Translations under genes and position numbers: made by a program | NCBI RefSeq assembly: GCF_006345805.1 | Contig: NC_043004.1 | Coordinates: 96,968,001-97,032,000, forward strand | Length of the DNA: 64,000 nt | Reading direction: 5' to 3' | Source of the DNA: Octopus sinensis | Taxonomy: Eukaryota | The notes under the pieces: generated by a model | The model's input: the letters and a program-made list of their open reading frames with translations, nothing else | Databases searched by the model: none | What the model was told of the DNA's origin: nothing | Shown here: piece by piece, positions 1 to 14,417 of the stretch | How the letters are laid out: each line of letters begins with the position of its first letter | How positions within the stretch are numbered: position 1 is the stretch's first letter

Positions 1-1955
1 ATAAGGGGAAACAGATAAATTTAATGAATCAAACCTATCTACCTTGTGGGCATGGACTTGTAGAGATGAAGACACACTGCCATTTATATTTATAGATATA
101 TTGATAGCATCCTTATTGTTTCTATTTTCCAGAAGGAGTCAGTATTAACCTTTTGATACCAGCCCACATGAAACCTACAGCTGGTTCTATAATACAAAAC
201 TGTCCTTCTTAAATTGCTCACTTTTAATTCTAAAGCACTCATCATTAATATAAGGAAAAATATGCTTTGGTTAAGTTACATTAAAAGCTAGCGTTAGGAT
301 GGAAAAATTATCCTTCAAAATTTTGATTATTTTGAAAATTAATTGAAACACATAGGAAGTGTTTTTCATTTGAAACATTATCATAAATATATTAAATAAT
401 GTTATAAAAGAAACTTCTTTATTTTGATTTATATTTTCTAGTATGATGTCTTTAATAATATGGAATATGTTTGCCTTTTAGGCAGACATGTTCTGATCGG
501 TGATGCTTCTCAAGTACAGGTTAGCTCTCTTGTCTTCTGATATGGTTTTCAATGGACAACTTACTTCTCATGCATACGTCCTATGATTGGAATGTCATAT
601 GTAGGAAGTCCTTATGCTGTTCTTGCATTACATTTGGTTCTTGTACTAGAGCAGAAATGACTGTTGTTGGGATTAAAAATTTTTTCTGATGTTGTACTTC
701 CTATACATTCAATAGAGTTTTTCCTGTTTATTTCTGACAGTAAGGAAGTGTTACTGAAGCTATTATTTATCAATAGATTCTCAGAACCTTTATATAGCTA
801 TCTGGATTTCAATTAGACCTTGCATCAGGATATTTTCTAGGAATATTAGAAGATCACTGTCTTCCACTATAATGGACGCTTCATTTCCAGTTTCTTTCTT
901 TGAGATACCTCATTAAATTTTTACCTGATCATAACCTGCAATATTAAAAAACAAGATAAAGGAGACATAGGATAACACTGTCTTAGTTTCATTAAGACTG
1001 AAAATAAGACGTGATAGTCGTGGCTGGAACATCTAATCATCTTGCATCTAGGATACTCTGGGAGTTGCAACAGTTCCTGCTATCAGGACTTGTTTTTAAT
1101 TTTTGACCATTCTTTAAAAAGATATTGTAACAAATTATTACAGCCAAAAGTAACTATTTATTGAAAATCCCCCCAAAGCTTTGCTTAAAACTCAAGAAAA
1201 CGAGACACAAACACTGACACACACAGACACAGAAAAAATATATTTGAATACACACACATACATATACAATGGGCTTCTTTCAGTTTTCATGTAACAAATC
1301 CATTTACAAATTTTGATCATCCTGAAGCTAAGCCCAAAGTGCCATGCAATGAGTCTGGACATAAAATCACATCTCTTGAGGAGCAAGTTTCTTAACCACA
1401 AAGCCATGCCTACAACTAAAAGTTATTTATTATTTTTCGAAAGGTGCAACTATTTCATCTTGGAACAGAAAAAGACAAAAAATTTGGCAGCTGTAACCAA
1501 TATAATGTAGTGTTCCACCATTTCTGTCACTCAATTTCTTTTCATTATCTCAGTACTAATAACAATTAATAGTAATTTTAAAAAGTATTTATCTTGATCT
1601 TCAATCTAAAATATTTGTCTCTCTGTCTAGTAATCTATCGAACTGTCTATTTTTGTATTCATTTATAACATTGATTTATCCATGTGTGTATGTATTTATT
1701 TGTAAGCCTTTTTAAATTTTTTTCCTCTCTTTGTTTTTTATTCATTGTTCTATCCGTTATTCTATTCTATCTCTGTCTCTGATATCTTCCATTCTTGCTT
1801 ATTTTTTCTTTGTTTCTTTCCCTTTCTCTCTTTTTCTCTCTTTTACTTTTTCTATGTATGTATGTATGTATGTATATATGTGTATGCATTTATTACATAT
1901 ACACGCACATCACCCCTATATATGTAAACGTATATATATATGGATGTATATACAT

Positions 1956-2016
<61 letters not shown>

Positions 2017-2183
2017 TATATGTATATATATATATATATATACACATATACATATATATATAAAGTAAACATGAATATATTGGTGTACGTATATATATAT
2101 ATATATATATGTATGTGAGTGTGTGTGTGTGTATTTGTGTTTTCATTATGCTTGTATGCATGTATAAGTTAGTATCAACATGT

Positions 2184-2214
<31 letters not shown>

Positions 2215-2713
2215 CGAATATATCTTCGTGTGTGCGTGTGTTTGCTTTTTTTTATCTATATAAGTACACATATAACTTAACAATCTATTTGTCCATCTCA
2301 TATTGAAGCATATCATCCAATTTAAAGAGTAAATAAATATCTCTAGTTTAAATTTACTTATTAGCAATGATAAAACAAGATAGCAGCGCACAGCGACACT
2401 GTGACTACACATGTCCCAAGTTGATTTTCTGTTTGTTAGATGGAATGGAATTGAAAACAGATAATACAAAAAAAAATATTTTTAAAAAATTGATTATAAA
2501 CGTTGGCCAGAAATAAATAGAAGCATTACTTGCTTTATCAAAATTTAAATCACTTTAGAGCAATGCATTTCCATGTGCCGTTATAATTTGTAAGAAATAT
2601 TGCCAAGACATATTCCCAGTTTGACCAAATTTTCAATACAATCATATATTTTAAATGATGTTTTAAACATTTGATAAAATCTGTAAAATATCTTACCATC
2701 ATGTTGATAGAAG

Positions 2714-2744
<31 letters not shown>

Positions 2745-2900
2745 CATCATCATGATATATATATATATATTTATATATCATCATCATGATATATATATAT
2801 ATATATTTATATATCATCATCATGATATATATATATATATATTATATTATATATATATATGTGTGTATATGTATATATATAAATATAAATATAAATATAA

Positions 2901-2931
<31 letters not shown>

Positions 2932-3764
2932 CATATATATACACATACACTTATATGAATATATATATATATATATACATATATATATGTATATATATAT
3001 TTATATACACATATGTATATGAATATATATATATATAATATATATATGTATATATACATATATACGCAAATGCACATATATATATATATGTGTATGCATA
3101 TATATATGTATTATATATGTATGTATGTATATATATATTTATATACACATATGTATATGAATATATATATATATGTATGTGTATATATGTGTATGTTTAT
3201 GTGTGTATATTGTGTTAATGCGTGTATATACATACATAAATGCTTAAACGAAAATGCTCGTACAAATAAAAGATAATATACATACTTACAAAACATACTA
3301 TGCATAAACAATATACACACACATGTACACACACGTCTATACAAAATATATATGTTAGACAAAATACATGTATAGAAAAGCTAAATTACTTACATATAAA
3401 AGATAATGCATATGTACAAAGATAATATGCATTAAAAAATTATCTACATGCATGTATGCATAATTGCTTCTTGAATTGTGTAACATGTATTTGAAACTTG
3501 ACAAGGTGTTTATATCTGAGTGTGTAAGTGTTTTTTTTATATTTGTACATATACGTGTGTATGTGTGTGTATATGAGTGTGTGTGCTTAGGCATGAGAAT
3601 GTATATGTTTATATGTGTAAGAGTCTCCTTTATTTTACTATGTTTGTGTGTATATGTATATTTTTGTAGATGTATATTTTTCTATATACTCACACAAACA
3701 CAGGGAGCTGAAGGAGAAAGGAAAAGTTTTATAATTGAGTATACACCTGAGTCTTATGCTTATT

Positions 3765-3806
<42 letters not shown>

Positions 3807-4091
3807 TGCATGCATGAGTGTGTGTACCACTCTCTCTCTATATATATGTGTGTGGGTTAACTATATGTGCACACACATTTGTACATATACACACAAACAA
3901 ATGTACATATACACCCAATATATGAATGTGTGTGTGTATATATATATATACATATGTATGTATCTATCTATCTATCATTTTATCTATCTATCTATTCATC
4001 TATCTATCCATCCATCCATCCATCCATCCATCCATCCATCCATCATCCATCCATCCATCCATCCATCTATCTATCTAACTCTCTCTCTCTC

Positions 4092-4191
<100 letters not shown>

Positions 4192-4362
4192 TAATAAATA
4201 TAAGGGTAGTAAAAAATTCTAGAAAAAATTCTCCGCTACCAGCGGTCTAGCGAGAAAGAAATGTATATATGCATCTATATATATACATACATACATACAC
4301 ACATTTGCATACATACATACATACATACATACATACATACATACATACACATATATACATAT

Positions 4363-4407
<45 letters not shown>

Positions 4408-6001
4408 CATGTTTACTTCCAATTAGATAAAGAAGCAGTATTGTAATCAATACAATGTTGAGCAGTTTATGTTCTCTAATGATGTTTATAAAGAGTCTTA
4501 TGCTTTCATTGATGCTAAGGTAATCCCACAATTCACATGAGCTCTCCCTCATGCATGCATTCATGTTTAGAGTGTAGGTGCTCAGCATGTTTACATGTTG
4601 ATTTGTGTGTCCCTCTAAGGAGGAACTCGTTAATGAATGTAATAATGTGATTATAAGAAACATTATTGTTTTGGTGAGATTTAAAGAGCATCAACAAGTT
4701 GAAGGTTTAACAGTGTGTTACTTTCCAATTGTTTGGAATTAACGTATAGCTACTGCTACTGGTTTGTATTTGGTTGGTAAGTCAACCCCGATCAAGCATA
4801 CTTATGATTAGAAGCATTTCAGCTGTGACCATCTTTTGAGTCTATATAAAACCAAAGGCATCACATGCAAGCAAGTATTACTCTATGACTTGTATCCTGC
4901 TTTCATGAATTATTTTAGTGGCTTATGTAATTATAAGCAAGAGTAGTCACTATCAAAGCCTTCCCACTTCTGATCATGTGAAAAAAATCAAGGGTCTGGA
5001 TGGGAAAGGGGTCTACATCAACACATGGGCGACACTAATTTTCAGCAGTATAAATTGGGAAAAATGTGAAGTGAAGTGCTTTGCTTAAGAATTTAATGTG
5101 GTACTTGGTCCAGGAATCGAACTCACAATCTTATGGTCATGACCCCAACATCTTAACGACTAGCACTCATGTCTACATTATCTGTGTCCATTTCTTATTT
5201 ACAAAAACAGATTGTGATTTGAAGACTTGGCAAATATTTCAAATAAACTGAGTGATCATATAAAGGCTTCCACATTGGCTCTTGATTAGAAATTTGTTAA
5301 ATGTGATTGTTGTTGTTGCTATGCAATGAGCATCAGGCAGTGAACTGGCAGAACCATTAGCACATCAAACAAAATGCTTATCTACATTCCGTACATCTTT
5401 ATGTTCTGAGTTCAATTTCCTTCAAGGTCAACTTTGCTTTTCACCCTTTCAAGATCAATGACATAAATACCAGCTGTGCATTGGGGTTGGTATAAAACAC
5501 CCTCCCTGAAAGTTTCAGGCATTGCACCTAGAGTAGAAAGGATATAATGGGCAAGATCATTTATCAAAGAAGGGAAAGTAGTTGGAGAGAATTTATTCAT
5601 TAGGGATTGTTTCTGTATTTATTAAGGTCATCCTTTATATATTAAATTTTTTTTATGCTTGTATATAGTTCAGGTTTCTCCATTCTGTTTTCTGAAAAGA
5701 GTAGCAGATAAGGGCTAACACATTCCCCGCTCTTTGTAGGTCTTTGACGATTTTACAATGGCTGTAAGTTATGGTTCAGTGATTGCACCAAACCATGGCT
5801 AACAAGGCAGGAAATAATTTCAGAAAAATAGAAACTACCAGAGACAGATGCATACTTACAAATATATATACATATATACATACATTGTTATTATCATCAT
5901 TATTATCAAATGTACATAACTCTGCTAGCTCCTGTCAAACTGTCCAACACATACCAGCATGGAAAACAGATGGTAAATGATGATGATGATGAGGAAAAAT
6001 A

Positions 6002-6232
6002 GGCGGCGAGCTGGCAGAAATGTTAGCACACCGGGCGAAATGCTTAGCGGTATTTCGTCTGCCGCTACGTTCTGGGTTCAAATTCTGCCGAGGTCGGCTT
6101 TGCCTTTCATCCTTTCGGGGTCGATAAATTAAGTACCAGTTACGCACTGGGGTCGATGTAATCGACTTAATCCGTTTGCCTGTCCTTGTTTGTCCTCTCT
6201 GTGTTTAGCCCTTTGTAGGTAGTAAAGAAATA
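6002..6232 (+). mobile_element. SINE-B (~230 bp, tRNA-derived)
   Basis: GGCGGCGAGCTGGCAGAA..GGTTCAAATT..GCCTTTCATCCTTTCGGGGTCGATAAATTAAGTACC..AAAGAAATA; multiple copies. Confidence 0.9.
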
Positions 6233-7244
6233 GATGATGATGAGGATGGGAATGGTGATATATATACAGACATGTACATATATATACTATATACATAAAC
6301 ACACGCACACACATATATATGTTTTATCATATTCTATTCCATTTTATATTCTTACATATAAACAGAAATACATTTGTGCACGCATACATAAGTTATATAT
6401 ATGAACAGATACACATCAATAAATATTTTCATTGCTCTAAGCAATTTTGTTTTTCACTTTCCTTACATTATGCTTTCTTAACAAACTCATAATAGAATCA
6501 AAATATAGTTTATTTGAATTTCACAGAAGGACTGTCCAAATAAATGAATTATCCAATTATATAATTATAGAATTGAAGCTGAAAATTTGTTAATTCATTT
6601 CATAGAGATTCTTGTAAAACATATAATTTCGCTGGCTTTGTACGAATAGAAAATGTTTCTTTGCATTTAATGTTTTCCTGCTGGCTGGCTTTGTTTTAGA
6701 ATTTTTCTCAAAATTTATTCAGAAAATAAAAAAAAAATGTTGGAATCAATTTTGTTCTGTCAGAGAGGCGGCTTCTTGTAATTTCACAAATTGTTTATGA
6801 TTAGAAGAAAAATACTTTAGATGCACCAGCACCCATGGAAAAAGTTTAGGGGAAAAACAAAATAAAGATTGCTTTGCCAATTACGTTTTTCCTTTTACAA
6901 CTGGGAGTGTTCTGGTATAAGTTAATTAGATGTCATGGGTAAGTTTAAACACCAGATAGCTCGTTAAATTTAGGAAGCGATCTGCCAATATTTAATTAGA
7001 ATTCCTGATCAAACGATCAAGCACAGTCTTCAGATATTTGTAGCACTAAATATAATATCCGACCAATATTTACTTATAGTTGTACAAAATACATTAATTG
7101 CTATGGCACAGCTATTTGTAAGACTTATTTTTCTGATTTGAGCACTGAATTAATGACCAAACACTGAATGTCTTTCTGATAGTGTTGAGAAATGCTTCTT
7201 AAAGTCAAACTTGAAACAGGAATTAAAATTCTGCTTTCTTTCTT

Positions 7245-7287
<43 letters not shown>

Positions 7288-7741
7288 TTATCTCCCTCTC
7301 TCTCTATCTCTCTCTGTCTCCCTCTCTCTTGGAATGAACCATTGGATTAGCTGGCAGAATGACAGAATAGCGACCATATACTTCATGTGTCGTTTATCAT
7401 ACTTGTAGCTATCATCATCATCATCAGCATCATTATTCTCATTGCTTTTGTTGCTGTTCTCCCATTTCTGCTTCCCTCCCCCTCTGCCATTATATCTATG
7501 ATGCTTTCTAGAGCAACAGCTTCCTCATAACATCTTCATCATCTACTTTTGTCCAACAAGGATGTTTGTTCTCCCTTGGAAAGATTACAGATCTTTTGTC
7601 ACATTTGTCAATGTAAGAAATGTGAGTGAGTGATATGTGTGCATGTATGTCTGTATTTGAAAGTGTGTGTGTGTGTATGTGTGTGCGTGTGCACATGTAT
7701 TATGCCATTTATAATTTGTTTAATCAAATACATAACTGCTA

Positions 7742-8046
7742 GTGGAGCACATGGCCTAGTGGTTAGAGCAGCGGACTTGCGGACTAGGGATCGTGGGTTT
7801 GAATCTCAGACCGAGTGATGTGTGTGTTTATAAGCGAAACACCTAAGTTCCACGTGGTTCCGGCAGAAGGTAATGGCGAACTTCTGCTGACTCTTTCGCC
7901 ACAACTTTTCTCTCACTCTTTCCTCCTGCATCTAGCAGCTCACCTGCAATGGACCGGCGTCCCGTCCAGGTGGGGAACCTATACGCCAAGGAAACCAGGA
8001 AAGCGGCCCTTATGAGCCAGGCGTGGCTCGAGAAAGAACAAACAAC
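7742..8046 (+). mobile_element. SINE with SINE-C-like head and V-domain-like 3' half
   Basis: Alignable to SINE-C up to CACAACTTTTCTCTCACTCTT, then GCAATGGACCGGCGTCCCGTCCAGG and an (AAC)n tail. Confidence 0.75.
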
Positions 8047-8343
8047 ATATCTGCTACATTCTCTATAATTTCCATTAGACCATTGGCAGGAGTTATAGTT
8101 GTGAAAATTCCGAATCAGCTCTAATAGTTTAAAGAGTTCCAACCATGCTGTATTCTAGCTTTTTTTTTGTACGTCACAGATACATTGATCATTGAATCTA
8201 TGATTTGAGGGAGATTTGGATGCTATTTTAGCAGGTTGAACGGTCAGTTGGACAATACCTCTTTGGCTCATATGTTTGATGAACAGTACAATCTTTTCTG
8301 TCATTCTGAAATAGGAAAAGCTTAGCATTCCTCCTCCTCCTCC

Positions 8344-8567
8344 TCATCATCATCGTTTAACATCCGCTTTCCATGCTAGCATGGGTTGGACAATTTTGAC
8401 TGAGGGCTGGCAAACCAGATGACTACACCAGGCTCCAGTCTTGATCTGGCAGAGTTTCTACAGCTGGATGCCTTCCTAATGCCAACCACTCCGAGAGTGT
8501 AGTGGGTGCTTTTTACGTGCCACCGGCATGGGGGCCAGTCAGGCGGTACTGGCAATGACCTCGCTCC
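8344..8567 (-). mobile_element. Family D element
   Basis: (CAT)n then GTTTAACATCCGCTTTCCATGCTAGC. Confidence 0.85.
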
Positions 8568-8753
8568 TTATATATAAACATGGCAGGCATAGTTTGGCTG
8601 CACCTTCTTCATGTTTCTCATTTTAATAACCTTCAGCAAACAAACCAGAAGCCTGTTTATCATTCAGTGAGTGTAGGTATCATGGGCTTGCAATTCTTCA
8701 GTTATTTGGGTTATTTTTTCATCATCAAGATTACGGTCATACTGGAGCACAGA

Positions 8754-8988
8754 CCTATTTCTTTACTACCCACAAGGGGCTAAACACAGAAGGGACAAAC
8801 AAGGACAGACAAATGGATTAAGTCGATTACATCGACCCCAGTGTGTAATTGGTACTTAATTTATCGACCCCGAAAAGATGAAAGGCAAAGTCGACCTCGG
8901 CGGAATTTGAACTCAGAATGTAATGGCAAATGAAATACCACTAAGCATTTCGCCCGACGTGCTAACGATTCTGCCAGCTCGCCACCTT
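8754..8988 (-). mobile_element. SINE-B
   Basis: Same consensus. Confidence 0.9.
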
Positions 8989-9671
8989 TAAACGATTAGT
9001 CTTTGCTGGCATCTTCCCTCTCAATGACCTAAGTAAACAAAAGACATTTAGTCAGGTTGTGTATGCAACCTACCATTTTTGGTTGCCGTGGTACTTCCAC
9101 TTCTTGAGTTGATTAATAATATTCCATCAATAAATATAGCGTCAGCCTCAGAATTCTTCTCCTTCTTCTCTTATGCTCCTCCTCCTCTCCCCTTATGATT
9201 GACAGCTTCACATATACATGCAAACAAAATAAAATTATAAACAAATAGCTATTGACTTTATACAAAAACTTAAAAGCACTTTTCTTAAATAGTTAAATAA
9301 CTCCTATTGATCATTAATATCAACAACTTGTTTATTTTTCTTTATATCAGTTTAAATAATTTGTTAGATCTCAGACATGAAGTTATGGATTGATAAATTG
9401 GGGAAATCAACATAGAGAATATGTGAATTCTTGCTAGAAATATTTTAAAAGTTATAAATACAAGTATAAATATAGTAAATCTTTAATGTTGACATGGTGT
9501 CTATATTTCAGCATGGCTGAAATAAAGCTAAGCTGTTCTGTTAAATGTCATCTTTTAATCAAATATCTTTTAATTCCTTGTGATTGGTCAGCTGCCAGTA
9601 AGATGGATGTATGAAAGTTTATTTGTATATTTGACTGTATGCACAAATACACACACACACACACGTTTATA

Positions 9672-10590
9672 TATATATAGTTATTTTTGTATACACAGAT
9701 GTATGAAATTCTAATACACACACACACACACACATATATATATATTACAAATGTGTGATACATATACTCACATATATGCAAGAATATATGTAATGTACAT
9801 ATGTAGGCATATACACACACGCACACGCACACACAAGTATATATAATTACATACATACATATAGTAGATAGATACATACACATGTACATTATAGACATAT
9901 TTGTATGTGTGTGTGTATTTATGTATACTCTTACTCTTTTACTCTTTTACTTGTTTCAGTCATTTGACTGCGACCGTGCTGGAGCACTGCCTTTAGTCGA
10001 GCAAATCGACCCCGGGTCTTATTCTTTGTAAGCCCAGTACTTATTCTATCGGTCTCTTTTGCCGAACCGCTAAGTGACGGGGACGTAAACACACCAGCAT
10101 CGGTTGTCAAGCAATGCTAGGGGACAAACACAGACACACAAACACACACACGCATATATATACATATATACGACGGGCTTCTTTCAGTTTCCGTCTACCA
10201 AATCCACTCACAAGGCTTTGGTCGGCCCGAGGCTATAGTAGAAGACACTTACCCAAGGTGCCACGCAGTGGGACTGAACCCGGAACCATGCGGTTGGTAG
10301 ACAAGCTACTTACCACACAGCCACTCCTGCGCCTATATATAGTTATTTTTGTATACACAAATGTATGAAATTCTTATACACACACACACACACACGCACA
10401 TATATATTTACAAATGTGTAATACATATACTCACATATATGCAAGGATATATGTAATGTACATATGTAGGCATATATATACACACACACACACACATGTA
10501 TATATAATTAAATACATATATATAGTAGATAGATGCATACACATGTACATTACAGACATATTTGTATGTGTGTGTGCATTTATATATGTA
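9672..10590. repeat. ~255-bp direct duplication flanking SINE-A
   Basis: 9672-9926 matches 10333-10590 (TATAGTTATTTTTGTATACACA...ATGTATAC). Confidence 0.85.
9926..10333 (-). mobile_element. SINE-A (tRNA-derived, CORE-like block, internal TA/TG tract, AAAAGAGT tail)
   Basis: Head GGCGCAGGAGTGGCTGTGTGG..GGTTCAGTCCC; CCTTGGGCAAGT block; many copies in window. Confidence 0.9.
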
Positions 10591-10687
10591 TACATTAGAA
10601 ATATGAAGTTATGTAAATGTGTCTGTATACCCGAATAAACACGTATGCAAATACATATGTCCACGTACAATTACATATACACACCAG

Positions 10688-10722
<35 letters not shown>

Positions 10723-10950
10723 TATTCAGATATGTATTTGCAATGTGAATAGATAGATATGCATGCACATACATGTACAATCACATATAAAATCATGCAC
10801 ATAAGTACACACATGTGTACATATGGATACATTTGGGAAATATAAACTACCATATTCCTCTTATAAATGTGTAATTAAACACAGTAGTAATCAATCTTTT
10901 CCTTAGCAATGTTTAACTTTTAAATATTTAAAATATTTCCTATATTATTA

Positions 10951-10996
<46 letters not shown>

Positions 10997-11002
10997 TACT
11001 AC

Positions 11003-11035
<33 letters not shown>

Positions 11036-11316
11036 CATTATGGTTATTATTATGATCATTATTATTATTATTATTACTGTTATTATTATCATTATTAAGT
11101 GGCAGATAGATGGATGTGGATGGATGCTATTTCATATTTTACTTCCATCTAAAAGTACAGATTTGTACTGTGTTGGATTTCAATAAATATGCTGGCATCA
11201 CTTTCTTTTACCATTCGAATTTTGTGTTGTATGTGTATGTGAATGTGTACGTGTATTTGAATTTCTATGTATATTTGCCTGTATGTCAGTATGTTTCGTT
11301 GTGCTCATATATATAT

Positions 11317-11367
<51 letters not shown>

Positions 11368-11368
11368 T

Positions 11369-11407
<39 letters not shown>

Positions 11408-11562
11408 CATGATTGTTTCAGTTTCTATATTTTTGTACATGTATGTTTTTGAATGCATATTTAAGTTTACTTATATCAATGTATGTGTCTACACATCTTT
11501 GTATATTAACTATATGTATGTATATGTGTGTATATGTGAATACATGTGCATAATAAGTATGC

Positions 11563-11597
<35 letters not shown>

Positions 11598-11809
11598 ATC
11601 ATGTCAAAGAGAAATGAAATTTAATCAAAATTAAAACATTTAATCAAAATTTACATTTCCAGTGGTCTAACATGCAAAAATTTTATTCCAAATTTATTCC
11701 TGTTGAATTTTATCCATTATTTTTGTGGTTCACAGAACCTAGCTGTTCTTTCTAGCGTGCTGAATTCCCTATAAGTGGATTCCTTATGTGTTTAAATATA
11801 CACTATATC

Positions 11810-11849
<40 letters not shown>

Positions 11850-13030
11850 TAAGTAGGGTATTTTAAAGAAGCGGGAATGCCATATAGGATTTAATAGATT
11901 TACATAGATATATAGCATGTAGAATGGCTCATAATCTAAGGAGTGTCCTTTCAGTGCATATCTGCATGCTCACAGTAATTAAATGTATTTACGTAGACAT
12001 TTTAATTTAAATGAGACATATACACCATTTTTAGATTTCTGGTGAATTGTATTTGCAGAGTAATTACATATCAAAAGGGAAGACTGGCAAAATTTAGTAT
12101 ATTGTTAATTCCATGTTTCATTACAAGGTGTCATGAACATATACTGGTATACATGTCAAAAGGATCATGTATAGAACCTCCAATCCATAATTCTTTAGAC
12201 AAATATGCAAAAATAGTAATCCTACTGGATTCTCTCCCTGAAAAATTATGGCTAGGAGATTCTATACATGGTGTTTTCTACATGCATAACTTTGTAACTC
12301 CTATCCAGTAAAGAAGAAACTCATATAACATGGAATTACAAATATACCAAAATTTTCTTCTCTCCTGTTTACATAATATATATATATATATATGTATATA
12401 CAATTCATAAATAAGGGCAATTTGGATGTATTTGGGCAATAAGGGCATTTTGGATGTATTTGGAGTACTTAATTGTGCTCATGACTTAGTGTTTGCTTCT
12501 TCCATGGGTATGAGTAAGTATCTCATTTATTTCTTTTGCCACATGTATCACTGACAAAGGGAGGGCTGTTATAAGCTAACCCTGAAATCGGTCCGATATG
12601 GTAATAATAGAATTTTTTAGAAATTTCTGTCCACCTTTTTTCGAGTAGCGTGCGTATTGTGAAAAAATTATATGGTTAATGGACAATATGTCCAATTTTT
12701 CGGCATATTTCGAATTAGAAAATTTTTCGTTTGCTCTTATTTATGAATTGTTTATAATTCTAACCTTTAAAGGTATTTTTTAATCTGCTGGCCATTGATA
12801 AAATTTTTTGGGAAAAGAATTTTTTTCAAAAAAATTTTATCCTACATTAGATATATTTATATATATATATATATATAATATTATTTTATAAGCTTAAACC
12901 ATCACATATACATATACATATATATATAGTGGGTGTTTTTACGTGCCACTGGCACAAGGGCCAGTCTAGGCAGTACTGGCAACGGCCATGCTCAAATGGT
13001 GCTTTTTCTTTTCCTGAGCTAGTGACACAT

Positions 13031-13288
13031 AAAAAGCACCATTTGAGCACGGGCGTTGCCAGTACTGCCTGACTGGCCCTTATGCCAGTGGCACGTAAAA
13101 GCACCCACTACACTCTCAGAGTAGTTGGCATTATGAAGGGCATCCAGCTGTAGAAACTCTGCCAGATCAGATTGGAGCCTGGTGCAGCCATCTGGTTTGC
13201 CAGACCTCAGTCAAATCATCCAACCCTTGCTAGCATGGAAAGCGGATGTTAAAAGACGACGATGATGATGATGATGATGATGATGATA
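13031..13288 (+). mobile_element. Family D non-LTR element ((GAT)n tail)
   Basis: GAAGGGCATCCAGCTGTAGAAAC..GCTAGCATGGAAAGCGGATGTTAAA..(GAT)n. Confidence 0.85.
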
Positions 13289-13292
13289 TATA

Positions 13293-13652
13293 CGTAAAAA
13301 GCACCAACCCTTTGTGGCTGTTGCCAGCCTACCCTGGCACGTAAAAAGCACCATCCGTACGTGGCCGATGCCAGCGCCGCCTTGACTGGCTTCCGTGTCG
13401 GTTGCACATAAAAACCACCAACCGATCGTGGCCGTTGCCAGCCTCCCCTGGCACCTGTGTCGGTGGCATGTAAAAAGCACCCACTACACTCATGGAGTGG
13501 TTGGCGTTAGGAAGGGCATCCAGCTGTAGAAACACTGCCAGATCAGACTGGAGCCTGGTGCAGCCTCCTGGCTTCCCAGACCCCGGTCAAATCGTCCAAC
13601 CCATGCTAGCATGGAAAACGGATGTTAAACGATTATGATGATGATGATGAGG
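13293..13652 (+). mobile_element. Family D element with internal tandem units
   Basis: Four GTAAAAAGCACC-like unit starts, then the common 3' end and (GAT)n. Confidence 0.85.
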
Positions 13653-13738
13653 ATAATATATATATATATAGATGTATATGTGTGTGTATGTGTGTGTATG
13701 TGTTTGTGTGTATGTGTGTTTGTAAATAAGCTCTAAAC

Positions 13739-14210
13739 TAGGGTTGGGGAAACTTTAGAGTGTGGATTACAAGTTCTAACACTTATATCTGTGTAAATCT
13801 TGTATAAATCGATATACATTAATAAAGATAAGTTTAACACATTAAATTAACACATAACATCTTCATTAATGCTGTCACTGAATCTAGGACACCTATATTA
13901 CCGATGAGGTATTCTATAGTTTTCAACTACAGTGTAGCTGGGTCTTAAGGGAGATGGTACAAACCTAGCAATATGTGTTTTATAGTGAAAATATAATTTT
14001 CTTTTGAATGGCGATTTTCTGTTCAAGTCTAACCATTGTAAGCTGTGGTGGAAATGTGACCCATGTTGCTAATAGGCCATACGAATATTGTATAAATTTT
14101 ATAATTGACAAATTTACCATATTTTGTACATACGAATATAGCAGTCTGCGGCTGCAATAAAATGGGCTTGCGGGTGCAATTGCTTCTGCAGGTAGGGGTT
14201 TCCCACTCTG
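13739..14210. mobile_element. hAT-type MITE
   Basis: Perfect 8-bp TSD CTCTAAAC (13731-38, 14211-18); imperfect TIRs TAGGGTTGGGGAAAC / GTTTCCCACTCTG. Confidence 0.8.
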
Positions 14211-14342
14211 CTCTAAACTGATATAGTTTACCTAAATAAAAACTGGTATTTTCATTATAAGGATCTACATAGTTCTTACTACTGTAAGCATATACAAGAT
14301 TCTAGAATCCGTGTGTGCCATTAACTTGCATTGGTAAAGCTT

Positions 14343-14354
14343 ATCATCATCATC

Positions 14355-14417
<63 letters not shown>

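Noticed and set aside
4200-4260. CCGCT-acc-AGCGG hairpin followed by CTAG (Helitron 3'-end-like)
   Set aside because: Spacing is atypical and no matching 5' end or second copy is present in the window.
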